Virus record (IMG/VR): IMGVR_UViG_3300033402_000312
Direction: 5' to 3' (one strand)
From: a virus
Length of the DNA: 64,000 bases
A program made the position numbers and the translations under genes. This document shows positions 19,402 through 27,974 of this stretch, one piece after another. Below the pieces are notes generated by a model, which saw nothing but the letters and a program-made list of their open reading frames with translations, had not been told where the DNA came from and searched no databases. Positions within the stretch are counted from its first letter, which is position 1, and each line of letters begins with the position of its first letter.

Positions 19402-19610
19402 CCTATCGAAAGTCTGATTTGCGCGAAGGGCAGCATTGGGACGAGGTAGGCTCGGCTGTTGTGAACGCCCGGAGTCGAAAGATCGTGGTGCTCGGGACGA
19501 AACAGTTGACTTACGAGGACGAGTCCGGCAGGGGACGAACGGTCTTGATCGCCTCGTTCTTGCGGTGGGCACGGACTTTTGCAGAGTGCCGTCCGAAAGA
19601 TAGTAATTGA
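19398..19610 (+). CDS. hypothetical protein
   Basis: ATGA overlap with upstream ORF. Confidence 0.35.
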   Translation: MTYRKSDLREGQHWDEVGSAVVNARSRKIVVLGTKQLTYEDESGRGRTVLIASFLRWARTFAECRPKDSN

Positions 19611-19844
19611 CAGTTTTCGGAATTTCGGGTATATACAGGTGTGGGGCGGTATCAGCGCCCCGCCCGTGAATCGGTGACGACCCTGCTAAGGGGTGCGCAC
19701 CCCAAGTTGCCGAGGATTGGAACAGTCCCCGTTTCAAATGCAGGGACAACCATGGGGTTTGAACCGGGGCATAACGGCAAAAAGAGGTATGGGGCTGGGT
19801 GCTGGTAGTCCCAAGGAGGGCGAAGGCACCCAGCCCGTTGTCTC

Positions 19845-19873
19845 TTGACAAGATTCGGACTTTGGGATACTAT
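19845..19873 (+). promoter_or_regulatory. sigma70-like promoter TTGACA-N17-TACTAT
   Basis: ttgaca 19845-19850, 17-nt spacer, tactat 19868-19873. Confidence 0.55.
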
Positions 19874-19874
19874 A

Positions 19875-20006
19875 GTGACATGAATCGCATACCCGCATTA
19901 TCGTCCTCCAGTAGCTCAGCAACGGGCTGGGGCGAGGGTGTGGGCGCGTAAGCAAGACGCAAACACAGAGTTCGCAGCCAGCCACCGGGAACGGTGGCTT
20001 TTTTGT
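19875..20006 (+). ncRNA. candidate small RNA / structured leader between promoter and intrinsic terminator
   Basis: promoter at 19845 and terminator at 19981 bracket ~130 nt with no credible ORF. Confidence 0.3.
19981..20006 (+). terminator. rho-independent terminator
   Basis: gccaccg-ggaa-cggtggc hairpin followed by tttttt. Confidence 0.7.
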
Positions 20007-20013
20007 TTTACAC

Positions 20014-20107
20014 GGAGAGATGCCAGAGAGGCTGATCGGGGCGGTTTGCTAAACCGTTGTGGGAGCTAAAACTTCCACCGGGGGTTCGAATCCCCCTCTC
20101 TCCGCCA
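20014..20107 (+). tRNA. tRNA-Ser(GCU), type II, CCA encoded
   Basis: acceptor ggagaga/tctctcc, T-arm ggggg-ttcgaat-ccccc, anticodon loop ttGCTaa, long variable arm. Confidence 0.75.
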
Positions 20108-20108
20108 C

Positions 20109-20200
20109 GGAAGGGTTGGTACATTGGCAGGTCCGGCTGTCTCGAAAACAGTTACGGGGCGCAAGCTCCGTTGCCCGTTCGACTCGGGTCCCTTCCTCCA
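20109..20200 (+). tRNA. tRNA-Ser(CGA), type II, CCA encoded
   Basis: acceptor ggaaggg/cccttcc, T-arm gcccg-ttcgact-cgggt, loop ctCGAaa. Confidence 0.65.
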
Positions 20201-20345
20201 AGTTTAGATCGCAGCGGTGTTGGATACAGTTACTTCGGATAAACACAACCGGCGCGAGCCGGGCGTGCAAGTCTGGGTTCGAATCCCAGCGACCGGGCGC
20301 AAGCCCGGTGTCAACTGTGCCGCTTGTTCCCTGCGATTCAGTTTT

Positions 20346-20435
20346 GGAGAGTTGGCCGAGTGGACGATGGCGCTCGCTTGGAAAGCGAGTATCCTCGAAA
20401 GGGGGTCGCGAGTTCGAATCCCGCACTCTCCGCCA
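20346..20435 (+). tRNA. tRNA-Ser(GGA), type II, CCA encoded
   Basis: acceptor ggagagt/actctcc, loop ttGGAaa, disc G. Confidence 0.7.
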
Positions 20436-20436
20436 G

Positions 20437-20528
20437 GGCGAGGTTGGTACATGGGCAGGTCCGGCGCTCCCGAAAAGCGTTACGGGGCTGACGCTCCGTT
20501 GCAGGTTCAACTCCTGTCCTCGCCGCCA
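20437..20528 (+). tRNA. type II tRNA, Ser(CGA)-like with C33
   Basis: acceptor ggcgagg/cctcgcc, T-arm gcagg-ttcaact-cctgt, loop ccCGAaa (C at position 33). Confidence 0.5.
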
Positions 20529-20533
20529 AATTT

Positions 20534-20619
20534 GGAAGGTACTGCCGAATGGTTGGCAACTAGCCTTGAAAGCTAGGGCGTCCGAAAGGACGGGCGTTCG
20601 ATTCGTCTATCTTCCGCCA
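20534..20619 (+). tRNA. tRNA-Ser(UGA), type II, CCA encoded
   Basis: acceptor ggaaggt/atcttcc, D-stem tgcc/ggca, anticodon stem ctagc/gctag loop ctTGAaa. Confidence 0.7.
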
Positions 20620-20646
20620 AATTTCAGGTATTAGCCGTAGTAATTC

Positions 20647-20735
20647 GCGGGAGCAGCCCGATTGGCCGGAGGCGGCGGACTTAAAATCCGTTGGGAGCAA
20701 TCCCTTTGTGAGTTCGACTCTCACCTCCCGCACCA
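20647..20735 (+). tRNA. tRNA-Leu(UAA), type II, CCA encoded
   Basis: acceptor gcgggag/ctcccgc, disc A, loop ctTAAaa, T-arm gtgag-ttcgact-ctcac. Confidence 0.7.
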
Positions 20736-20740
20736 AATTC

Positions 20741-20829
20741 GCTGGTGTCCGTTGGCACGGGGAACCGTTTTATAAACGGTTGCCCTAGATCGGGGCTTCC
20801 ATAGGGTTCGATTCCCTACACCAGCACCA
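20741..20829 (+). tRNA. type II tRNA with anticodon UAU (unusual; Ile(UAU)-like or noncanonical)
   Basis: acceptor gctggtg/caccagc, disc A, anticodon stem accgt/acggt loop ttTATaa, 21-nt variable region, T-arm taggg-ttcgatt-cccta. Confidence 0.5.
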
Positions 20830-20922
20830 GTTCTTCCTTCCTCAAATTTCCCCTCCGGTATTCTACTCACGTGGTAGCATGGGTGAGCAACGCTTATGCG
20901 GGCATCAACTAAGAAGGGGCAC

Positions 20923-21378
20923 ATGAACAAGCTAGAACTGGAAATGGAACGTCGGGAATCCGCCGAGAGGGCGTCCGTCGCGGCCAGCCGCAGGACTGAG
21001 GAAGCCCATGCGAAGAGGGAGCAGCGTCAAAAACGCCTCTTCGAGCGCAAGGAATTCAACCGCCTGTTCGGTCGCCTGAGGAAGATGGTGGACGGGCGCT
21101 GGGACCGCCACGGCTGGGGATGGACGTTCAAGTACAAAGGCAAGGAATACTGGATCAGCTACGATAGCTGGTCCAGCCCCAAAACGCCGGGCGATGCGGA
21201 TGACTACGACATGTCCGGCACGCATTGGGTTCTCAAGAACCACTTCAGCGCCTCGGAGGGAGACAACGGCGCATACAGCTTGGGCGACGGCGTGGGCAAG
21301 ACTGGGCTGACCGAGGAAGTGCTGAGAGGCTTGGGGGAACTGACCAAGCGCGGCGGTCGCCGGAACGAAAGGCGATAG
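20923..21378 (+). CDS. hypothetical basic protein
   Basis: AAGAAGGGG RBS before ATG 20923; Arg/Glu-rich N-term. Confidence 0.4.
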   Translation: MNKLELEMERRESAERASVAASRRTEEAHAKREQRQKRLFERKEFNRLFGRLRKMVDGRWDRHGWGWTFKYKGKEYWISYDSWSSPKTPGDADDYDMSGTHWVLKNHFSASEGDNGAYSLGDGVGKTGLTEEVLRGLGELTKRGGRRNERR

Positions 21379-21383
21379 GGCTA

Positions 21384-21581
21384 ATGCCTGAGCGCTATTG
21401 CCAGTACGACGTCAGCGTGTGGCCTTCGCACGGCTACCTTTCTGAGTACGACCCCGCCCGCTGCTGCGGAAAAGCCGCCGTGTTTACCCTGCCCACGGAG
21501 GAAGAGTACCCCAACCGCCCGGCACTGAAGGTGTGGGTCTGCGCCGAGCACTATGACGAGTGGTTTCAGGTTCCCTGTTGA
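21384..21581 (+). CDS. hypothetical Cys-containing protein
   Basis: 66-aa ORF. Confidence 0.3.
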   Translation: MPERYCQYDVSVWPSHGYLSEYDPARCCGKAAVFTLPTEEEYPNRPALKVWVCAEHYDEWFQVPC

Positions 21582-21670
21582 TGCTGGTGCATTGCGAGCG
21601 AATGACCCGGTCTTAGCGTCTTGTGGTAGCATCTAATTAGTGACCCACTGAGGCACAAGGAGACTCTCTT

Positions 21671-22354
21671 ATGTTCCGCAGAATCTTGGCAACAGCAGTT
21701 CTGGTACTGGCAACAGGCTGCGCAGCGCAGGCGCAGGAAGTCATCATGAATCAGCCGAGCGCAGACATCGTCAACAAGGGGCACGCCTTCGTTCGGTTTG
21801 ACGAGTTCTACACCCAGACTCCGGCTTTCTACCAAGAGAACCTGAACTTGGCTGTCGGTCTCGGCCATAACCTTGAAGTCTCCCTGAACAATACGAACGC
21901 TTTCAACCGCTCCCCCGTTTCCGATTCCTTGGTGCTGGGCTTCAAGTACGCCCCGGTAAAGACAAAGAACTTCGAAATCTATGTCGGTGACCAGTTCGTT
22001 CAGCCCCTGACCAACAAGACCTTCTCGCAAGGCGACATCGCCTACGAGGCGGTGGCGTACAGCACCCATGGGTTCCGATTCACGGCGGGGTCGTTTCAGT
22101 CGCACAACGGCGTGCAGCTTGGTAACCGGGCAGGGGCTATCGGCGGCATTGAATACACGAAGAACATCTCCAAGAACTGGGCAATCGGGCCGGGCGTGGA
22201 CTACGCCTCCGGCGCGGGCACCAACGGTTACATTTCGCCGGGGCTTAATTTCATGTACAAGAATTTCTTTTTCTGCCCCGGCTACATGATCGGCAACCCG
22301 CACAACCCGAACGGCGCTCACCAAAGCTTCATCATGGCGGGGTATACTTTTTGA
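21671..22354 (+). CDS. putative outer-membrane beta-barrel protein (OmpW/OmpA-like porin family)
   Basis: signal peptide ending LATGCAAQA; alternating beta-strand pattern; C-terminal ...MAGYTF (terminal Phe). Confidence 0.5.
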   Translation: MFRRILATAVLVLATGCAAQAQEVIMNQPSADIVNKGHAFVRFDEFYTQTPAFYQENLNLAVGLGHNLEVSLNNTNAFNRSPVSDSLVLGFKYAPVKTKNFEIYVGDQFVQPLTNKTFSQGDIAYEAVAYSTHGFRFTAGSFQSHNGVQLGNRAGAIGGIEYTKNISKNWAIGPGVDYASGAGTNGYISPGLNFMYKNFFFCPGYMIGNPHNPNGAHQSFIMAGYTF

Positions 22355-22617
22355 TGAGGTTCCTAGTGATGGGATTCCTAGACCAAATCGACAGGGACAG
22401 CTTGGTTTGCACGTTCTGCGGCAAGAAGCCTGTCGTAGCTTGCACCGCCTCCATTGACGCGGAGATCGACTCAACGGCCGAAAGACCGGCCCGCTACGAG
22501 TTAGTTGAAAACAGCATCATCGCAACATGCAAGGAGCACGTATCGATCCTTCAGGAGCAGTTCGAGAAGGACGTCGAGGGCGCAAAAGCAATTTGGTACG
22601 CGGTGGACGATGACTGA
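22351..22617 (+). CDS. hypothetical protein (paralog of next gene; CxFCG...CKEH motif)
   Basis: 88 aa; shared motif with 22610 ORF. Confidence 0.4.
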   Translation: MMRFLVMGFLDQIDRDSLVCTFCGKKPVVACTASIDAEIDSTAERPARYELVENSIIATCKEHVSILQEQFEKDVEGAKAIWYAVDDD

Positions 22618-22840
22618 CGCTATTCTGGAAGCAAATGAGAAGCCCCGAGTCAAGTTCGTAGTCCGAGACCACGGCAAGATCATGGAAACAGTCAACGATC
22701 TTGTAACCACCGAGGAAGCCTGTCATTTTTGCGGCGCTGCGCCCATAGTGGTCGTGTACCGCAACTGGGAAGACAAGATCGTGACCGCCTGCAAGGAGCA
22801 CGAAGAGATCGTGTTGGAGATGATCGAGAGGGACAAATGA
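22610..22840 (+). CDS. hypothetical protein (paralog of previous; CHFCG...ACKEH)
   Basis: ATG 22610 overlapping upstream stop. Confidence 0.4.
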   Translation: MTDAILEANEKPRVKFVVRDHGKIMETVNDLVTTEEACHFCGAAPIVVVYRNWEDKIVTACKEHEEIVLEMIERDK

Positions 22841-23349
22841 ACTTTTTGTATTTCTTTGCGGCTGCAATGCTGGGACATTTCGTGGGCGACTACCTCTTCC
22901 AGAACCAGTGGATGGCAACGGAAAAATCCTACCCCGGCAAGCGGGGCCACATTGCCTGCACGGTTCATGTCCTGCTCTACACCCTCGCCGTTGCGCTCTT
23001 CACGGGCTGGCACCCGCTCTTCTTGCTGGTTGTCGCCGTCCCGCACTGGGTCATCGACCGCTGGAGCCTTGCCACCTACATTTTGAAGTTCAAGAACGGA
23101 TACACCCTACAGGGCGTTTGGGAGAAGGCCCCGCTGTGCGCCGCCAATTCTCAACCGCCCCAACCCGAAACGAGTTTGCCCATGGGGTGGGTCTCCAAAG
23201 CAATCATCGAAGACGTTGCCAACAACTCCGAGAAACTCCAGCACAACGTCTGGAAAGTGGCGTTCGCCGCGCCGGTCTACATTTTCAACGACAACACCCT
23301 TCACTGGGTCTGCCTGTGGTTCACATGCAAGTGGTTTTTCAGGAGCTAG
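22837..23349 (+). CDS. DUF3307-like membrane protein
   Basis: ATGA overlap; HFVGDYLFQNQWMA motif and hydrophobic helices. Confidence 0.45.
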   Translation: MNFLYFFAAAMLGHFVGDYLFQNQWMATEKSYPGKRGHIACTVHVLLYTLAVALFTGWHPLFLLVVAVPHWVIDRWSLATYILKFKNGYTLQGVWEKAPLCAANSQPPQPETSLPMGWVSKAIIEDVANNSEKLQHNVWKVAFAAPVYIFNDNTLHWVCLWFTCKWFFRS

Positions 23350-23353
23350 ATGC

Positions 23354-23563
23354 ATGATGTGGTGCAATAACCCGGCTTGTGACTTCGGTTTTGACGAGTC
23401 AAAGGAAAAGACGCCGATGTCCTGCCCCAAGTGCAAGCGGTCGAGCTTTTCCAGACCCAAGGGCTGGGACCCGATCCGGCACAGGCTGCTGGGCTTTGTG
23501 CCGTTTCCGGGCCAACCGTTCGGCTGTGGCGTCTATGTCTATGAAAGATGGATGGAGCTATGA
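23354..23563 (+). CDS. hypothetical zinc-ribbon protein
   Basis: CNNPAC...CPKC. Confidence 0.35.
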   Translation: MMWCNNPACDFGFDESKEKTPMSCPKCKRSSFSRPKGWDPIRHRLLGFVPFPGQPFGCGVYVYERWMEL

Positions 23564-24078
23564 CCAAAGACGAATACCGCCAGCACATGCGCAAGTACAG
23601 CCGGGAGACGGCGGTTATGTCCTTCGTGGTCGCGGAGCACCCGGACTACAAGGCTCTCCAAGCGGCTGGCGCGGAGACCATCCCATGGCTGCTGGAGGAC
23701 TTGCTCGACCCGAACTGGCACTGCGGAGCCTGCCACGGCGAAGGCTACGAGTTCGTACCCACGTGGGAGGAAGAGTGGGATAAGGACAAGACCTATCCGC
23801 CCCGCAGCACGGGGAACGTCTGCCCGGAGTGCAAGGGCAAGGGCAACATCTCCTCGTGGGCGTGCATGCACCTGCTGTTCAAGAAGGCGGGCGACGATGC
23901 ACCGGAGGTCGAGGAATGGATGCGCGGCAGGCACGGCGTGCTGACGAAGCTGTGGCGCAAGTGGGGCGAGAAGAGGGGTTACCTACCCGCGACCTTCGAC
24001 GAAAAATCAAGCAACTTTTTTGGATGGCTATTCCAACTGTTTTTAAGAGGAAAAAATTTGCCGAAAGAGGAAAAATAA
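23548..24078 (+). CDS. hypothetical protein
   Basis: 176-aa ORF with CGACHG and CPECKGKG pairs. Confidence 0.45.
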   Translation: MDGAMTKDEYRQHMRKYSRETAVMSFVVAEHPDYKALQAAGAETIPWLLEDLLDPNWHCGACHGEGYEFVPTWEEEWDKDKTYPPRSTGNVCPECKGKGNISSWACMHLLFKKAGDDAPEVEEWMRGRHGVLTKLWRKWGEKRGYLPATFDEKSSNFFGWLFQLFLRGKNLPKEEK

Positions 24079-24079
24079 G

Positions 24080-24526
24080 ATGCAATTCAACAAAAAATGG
24101 CTGTATGTTTTAATTGGTTTGCCAGCCGTTATGATCTTCATGGCATTTTTTATAGGGCGCGGAACCGATCTTGACGTGAAGAACCGCGTGCCGACCATGC
24201 AAGCGCAGCTTGACCAAGTGCAGCAGGCGGCGCGGGACGCCAAGGCGTCAGAAAACCGGACAGCCCAGATCGAAAAGAACATCCAAGCCGCCATCGACAA
24301 GCTGGACAGCGAGGGGCGCAACTCCGACGGCTCCGTGAGGGTCGGCCACCCCGAGGTGACTGGAACTGGAACGGTGACGGAGGTTGGCGGTATCAAAGTA
24401 TCCAACGGGGATTCAGAGAACTACTTCCTTTGGTTCACGTTCGCCGAGAAGGCCGGATTCACCACAAGAAGTTCAACCTTGTCTGCATTGACCAAGTCAT
24501 CCCGGTCAACAAGACCGTCGTCCTGA
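24080..24526 (+). CDS. membrane-anchored hypothetical protein
   Basis: N-terminal TM helix then coiled coil; 3' end may be frameshifted (alternative frame continues to 24603). Confidence 0.4.
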   Translation: MQFNKKWLYVLIGLPAVMIFMAFFIGRGTDLDVKNRVPTMQAQLDQVQQAARDAKASENRTAQIEKNIQAAIDKLDSEGRNSDGSVRVGHPEVTGTGTVTEVGGIKVSNGDSENYFLWFTFAEKAGFTTRSSTLSALTKSSRSTRPSS

Positions 24527-24758
24527 ATTACCACTGGAAAGAGTACAGCAGCGGCACCAACCCCGGCTGCTACATGATCGACAGCTACACGGTGGTGCAA
24601 TGAAGATCGGCGACCGCGAATACGTCTTGGTGCCGAGGTGAAAGGCGCGGGAGGCGCGACATGCCTGAGATAACATGGAAGCAGTTTGATGACGCGGTGC
24701 TGGACGAAGCCTTGCGGTCGGAGAAGGAGGCCAGGGCCAAAGGCTTCCCCGAGGACGC

Positions 24759-25154
24759 ATGCAAATCGCTGACGGCTTTGCTTATTTGCCACTGCGAACT
24801 GATCGGCAGGAAACTCCTCGGGCAGCGCGGGCAGTAATACAAACGATGTGCCAAACCCGCGTGGTGCATGTCAGGCACGAAAAATTCGACATATACATCG
24901 GACGTGCGTTCGCAGAGTTTCACGAGAGTATCTGGGCAAACCCGTTCCGCATCGAGATCGGATGCGGTCGCGATTGCGTCTGCGACAAGTATGAGGCGTA
25001 CGTGCGGGGCAGGCCCGACTTGATGGCGCGGCTGGGCGAGCTTCGCGGCAAGGTGCTAGGCTGCTGGTGCAAAGGCAAAAACGGCAAAGGCAAGCGTTGC
25101 CACGGCGATACGCTAGTCAAGCTGGTGCGGGAGGTTTTTGGTGAGGATAGTTAG
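24759..25154 (+). CDS. DUF4326-like protein
   Basis: KFDIYIGR...SIWANPF...GKVLGCWC...CHGD pattern; true start may be ATG 24846. Confidence 0.45.
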   Translation: MQIADGFAYLPLRTDRQETPRAARAVIQTMCQTRVVHVRHEKFDIYIGRAFAEFHESIWANPFRIEIGCGRDCVCDKYEAYVRGRPDLMARLGELRGKVLGCWCKGKNGKGKRCHGDTLVKLVREVFGEDS

Positions 25155-25371
25155 CGCGACGCTCAGGGCGCGGGCTACGGCGGACGGCTTGGTAGAGTTC
25201 CATGACGACGTACCGTTAGGCAAGGTCTACCAGGTGGACATCGACACCATCGAAGAAACTCGCATGTTCAACGTCGTGAAAGGCATTGAACACACGAAGG
25301 TCATCGTTAGGGAACACCCGAGCGGGCGTTGGCTGCCGCTAGAGTTGATGGACCTCAGAGACGAACAATGA
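25138..25371 (+). CDS. hypothetical protein
   Basis: 77-aa ORF, TTG/GTG start. Confidence 0.35.
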   Translation: MVRIVSATLRARATADGLVEFHDDVPLGKVYQVDIDTIEETRMFNVVKGIEHTKVIVREHPSGRWLPLELMDLRDEQ

Positions 25372-25762
25372 GCAATGCGGGGGGCATTGGCGCAGGAGAC
25401 ATGGCTCAAGGACAAAACGACCATCTCGGGTTTAAGATGATTGTCGTAGCGGGAATTTTTTGGATTGGTATGTTCCTGCACGACATCGCGGAGTATCTCC
25501 GCCAGATTCTTGAACTCTTGAAAGCGCATATGTCATGAAGACGATCCGTAAAAATGCCCCAGACCACCCCCTGGCTAAGGAATGAGCACAAACCTCAAAG
25601 ACCAACTGCTCGCGCTTATGGTTTGCAGCGAATGCGGGGCACCCGTGGAGTTCGACGACGCAGACAAGTGCTACCGCCACAAAGAACCGCTTGACCGATT
25701 TTGCAGGAGAAAAGGCTATCCTGTCATCCCCAAGGTTAAGGCTTTCTGACCCATCCCCTCAA

Positions 25763-25792
25763 CCGGACAATCCCCCCTGCCTGCCTGTATAC
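25763..25792 (+). promoter_or_regulatory. conserved promoter motif CGGACA-N18-TATACT (extended -10 TG)
   Basis: cggaca 25763-25768, tgTATACT ending 25792; ATG 25809 follows. Confidence 0.5.
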
Positions 25793-25808
25793 TATGGCTG
25801 GAGGGATC

Positions 25809-26012
25809 ATGGCTTGCAGACTCAGCGGTTTCAACGTCAAGGCGTGGGAAACCATCCAGCACCGAGGGCATGTCGTAGAAATCGCCTCCGCCACAACTAA
25901 GGGGATGAAGCTGGGCGGCGTTGTCTTCAAGCTGGACGGTGTGTTCCAAGGCTTCACAGGCACCAAAGATGCTGCCATCTACTGGGTCAACGAAAAACTC
26001 AATGCCCATTGA
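25809..26012 (+). CDS. hypothetical protein
   Basis: first ATG after conserved promoter. Confidence 0.35.
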   Translation: MACRLSGFNVKAWETIQHRGHVVEIASATTKGMKLGGVVFKLDGVFQGFTGTKDAAIYWVNEKLNAH

Positions 26013-26271
26013 TTTGCCACCGGATTCGCTCGGACCAAGACCGACAAAGAAGCAGATGGAACTGCTCCGCAGGATGGCTGCGCCCGGCGCAACCGTCCAT
26101 ACGTGGACGGGCATCCGCAGCGCCGGGGGCGCGTACATCGACTACCACGCCAAAGGCGAGCACAAAACCGAGAAGGTCAACCAGGGGACGGTCAGCAAGT
26201 TCTGTGATTGGGGCTGGCTGGATGGAGCACATAGATGGCGACTGGCGGGGACAGAATTATCGCGCATCTAA
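26002..26271 (+). CDS. hypothetical protein
   Basis: 89-aa ORF overlapping upstream stop. Confidence 0.35.
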   Translation: MPIDLPPDSLGPRPTKKQMELLRRMAAPGATVHTWTGIRSAGGAYIDYHAKGEHKTEKVNQGTVSKFCDWGWLDGAHRWRLAGTELSRI

Positions 26272-26307
26272 CAGAGCACGCAAAGTCATCAAACTAGGGG
26301 TGACCCG

Positions 26308-26907
26308 GTGAGCAAGCGCAAGCCCATCGAGAATCTCGTGCGCCTTCCGTCCGAGGGCAGCGGCCCTGTCTGGACGGACACCGTGGGCAACGCCTACCCG
26401 GAAGTTCGGGACGCCTTCATGCACCTGCTCCGGCTAGTTTTTCTTACCGTTACGGTCAGAGAGCGCGAACTCCCCCCTGCGCAGCGGCATGTGAATGTCA
26501 AGAATATTCCAGATGTCAAGGCATTTTATCCCTGCGGCATAATGGCTTCCTACGTCCAAATTCCCCCGGAGCAACAGGAAGCCATAAACGACCTGTACAT
26601 GAAGATCGGCGAGGCTATCTGCAAAGCCAGCGACGAAGGGAACAAGAACGGGCGTGCCTTGCTCTTCGGGCTGGCGAGAGGCGAGATCACCGTCTCGGAC
26701 TTCGATGCTGGTGCGGTCGCGAAGCCGAAAGAGGATGAGGACAACATGAAAGATGAACAGCTTATCAAGGTGATTGACGCCATCCCGCAGCAGCCGCAGC
26801 GCCAGTACAGCGCCGACGAGCAGCTTCAATACCTGTGTGCGGCTGCCAACAAGCTTGGGTTGTACGACGCCGCCGACCGCTTGGACTTGGGGAGGGAAAA
26901 GCCGTGA
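26308..26907 (+). CDS. hypothetical protein
   Basis: 199 aa, GTG start. Confidence 0.45.
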   Translation: MSKRKPIENLVRLPSEGSGPVWTDTVGNAYPEVRDAFMHLLRLVFLTVTVRERELPPAQRHVNVKNIPDVKAFYPCGIMASYVQIPPEQQEAINDLYMKIGEAICKASDEGNKNGRALLFGLARGEITVSDFDAGAVAKPKEDEDNMKDEQLIKVIDAIPQQPQRQYSADEQLQYLCAAANKLGLYDAADRLDLGREKP

Positions 26908-26909
26908 GC

Positions 26910-27461
26910 ATGGTATGGAGAGTCTGCAAGTGGCGCAAATGCCGAAACAGGTTTTTGGCGAAGGCGGCCGACGTAAGGCGGGGATGGGGGCTTTTTTGCT
27001 CGAAGACGTGCAAGGCTAAGGAGCAGGAATCCCGCACAGGGCAGTATGCCGCGCTTTTGTCGGGTTCCGGCGACAGTCGCCATGAGACTGACCACGAGAT
27101 CGCCCAAGCTGCCATGGAAGACGGGTGGGACGGGTCACAAGGAAGCAGCGATATGATCAGCAAAGCCGAATACCCGGAATTTCACACTTTCGCCGAGGGC
27201 GTCCAGTACTTGGCGCAGGGCAACCCCATCGACTACGAGGTCAAGATCGGTCAGCATCAGGGCGCTCTGATGACCCGCGAGGAGTGGCTCACTGCGGTTG
27301 CCAACCATAGTTTCATCGACTATGACGGCATGGGCAATGAGATCGACGAGAACGGCAACGTCCTCGGTGCTGGGCCAATGTTTGACCCCGGCTGGATTCG
27401 CCCGTCCGAAGCTTCGCGGATTCGACCGGAGACGAAGTACATCCTCTGGTACAACAGGTAG
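26910..27461 (+). CDS. hypothetical protein (N-terminal Cys-rich KWRKCRNRF...CSKTCK)
   Basis: 183-aa ORF. Confidence 0.45.
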   Translation: MVWRVCKWRKCRNRFLAKAADVRRGWGLFCSKTCKAKEQESRTGQYAALLSGSGDSRHETDHEIAQAAMEDGWDGSQGSSDMISKAEYPEFHTFAEGVQYLAQGNPIDYEVKIGQHQGALMTREEWLTAVANHSFIDYDGMGNEIDENGNVLGAGPMFDPGWIRPSEASRIRPETKYILWYNR

Positions 27462-27469
27462 GAGGCGAC

Positions 27470-27934
27470 ATGCAGTACAACCTGTATTGGTTTGGAAGGC
27501 TCACGACGGAAAACGTAGAGCAGGTCGGCAAGCTGCTCAGCGAATTGCTGGAGGGCAAGTTCTACACGGTGATCACCGCTATCCCTCGGCGCTGTCCGGG
27601 GGATGCTCAGGCTTCCGACATCCGCATGGATGTGCGCACAAGCCAAAAGCTTGTGGCGGAGGGCGCTTGCGATAAGAAAGCCATCGTGGCCCATCGTGGC
27701 GACAAGAAAGCCATCGTGGCGGAAGTGAGCGACGACCGTGCCCACCTGACCATCCACGACACCTTCGGGCTGTACTGCATCGACTCTGACCTGCAAAGAG
27801 AGGTCGGACATGACCCCACCTACCAGAACCCGTACATCGTGTTCGAAGGCAACCGGGTCACCATTCGGCACCGCTCCCCGGCTGGCAACCTGCTGGTTTG
27901 GGTATTCGCCGTGGAAGACCACACGGAATACTGA
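27470..27934 (+). CDS. hypothetical protein with internal 20-nt tandem duplication
   Basis: 154-aa ORF; repeat DKKAIVAHRGDKKAIVA. Confidence 0.45.
   Translation: MQYNLYWFGRLTTENVEQVGKLLSELLEGKFYTVITAIPRRCPGDAQASDIRMDVRTSQKLVAEGACDKKAIVAHRGDKKAIVAEVSDDRAHLTIHDTFGLYCIDSDLQREVGHDPTYQNPYIVFEGNRVTIRHRSPAGNLLVWVFAVEDHTEY
27671..27720 (+). repeat. tandem duplication gacaagaaagccatcgtggc inside CDS
   Basis: seen directly. Confidence 0.7.
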
Positions 27935-27974
27935 ACCACCGGTCCGGTCTTCGGCATCAAACCGATAGGGGAAC

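Noticed and set aside
19901-19980. Possible tRNA suggested by a gtagctcagc D-loop-like string
   Set aside because: No T-arm (GTTCGAATC-type) or acceptor pairing could be formed; treated as part of a leader/sRNA candidate instead.
20049-20634. Multiple forward and reverse ORFs from the six-frame track overlapping the first tRNA block (e.g. 20049-20510 minus strand, 20059-20634 plus strand)
   Set aside because: They lie entirely over well-folded tRNA genes and have no RBS or coding signal; they are artefacts of stop-codon-poor tRNA sequence.
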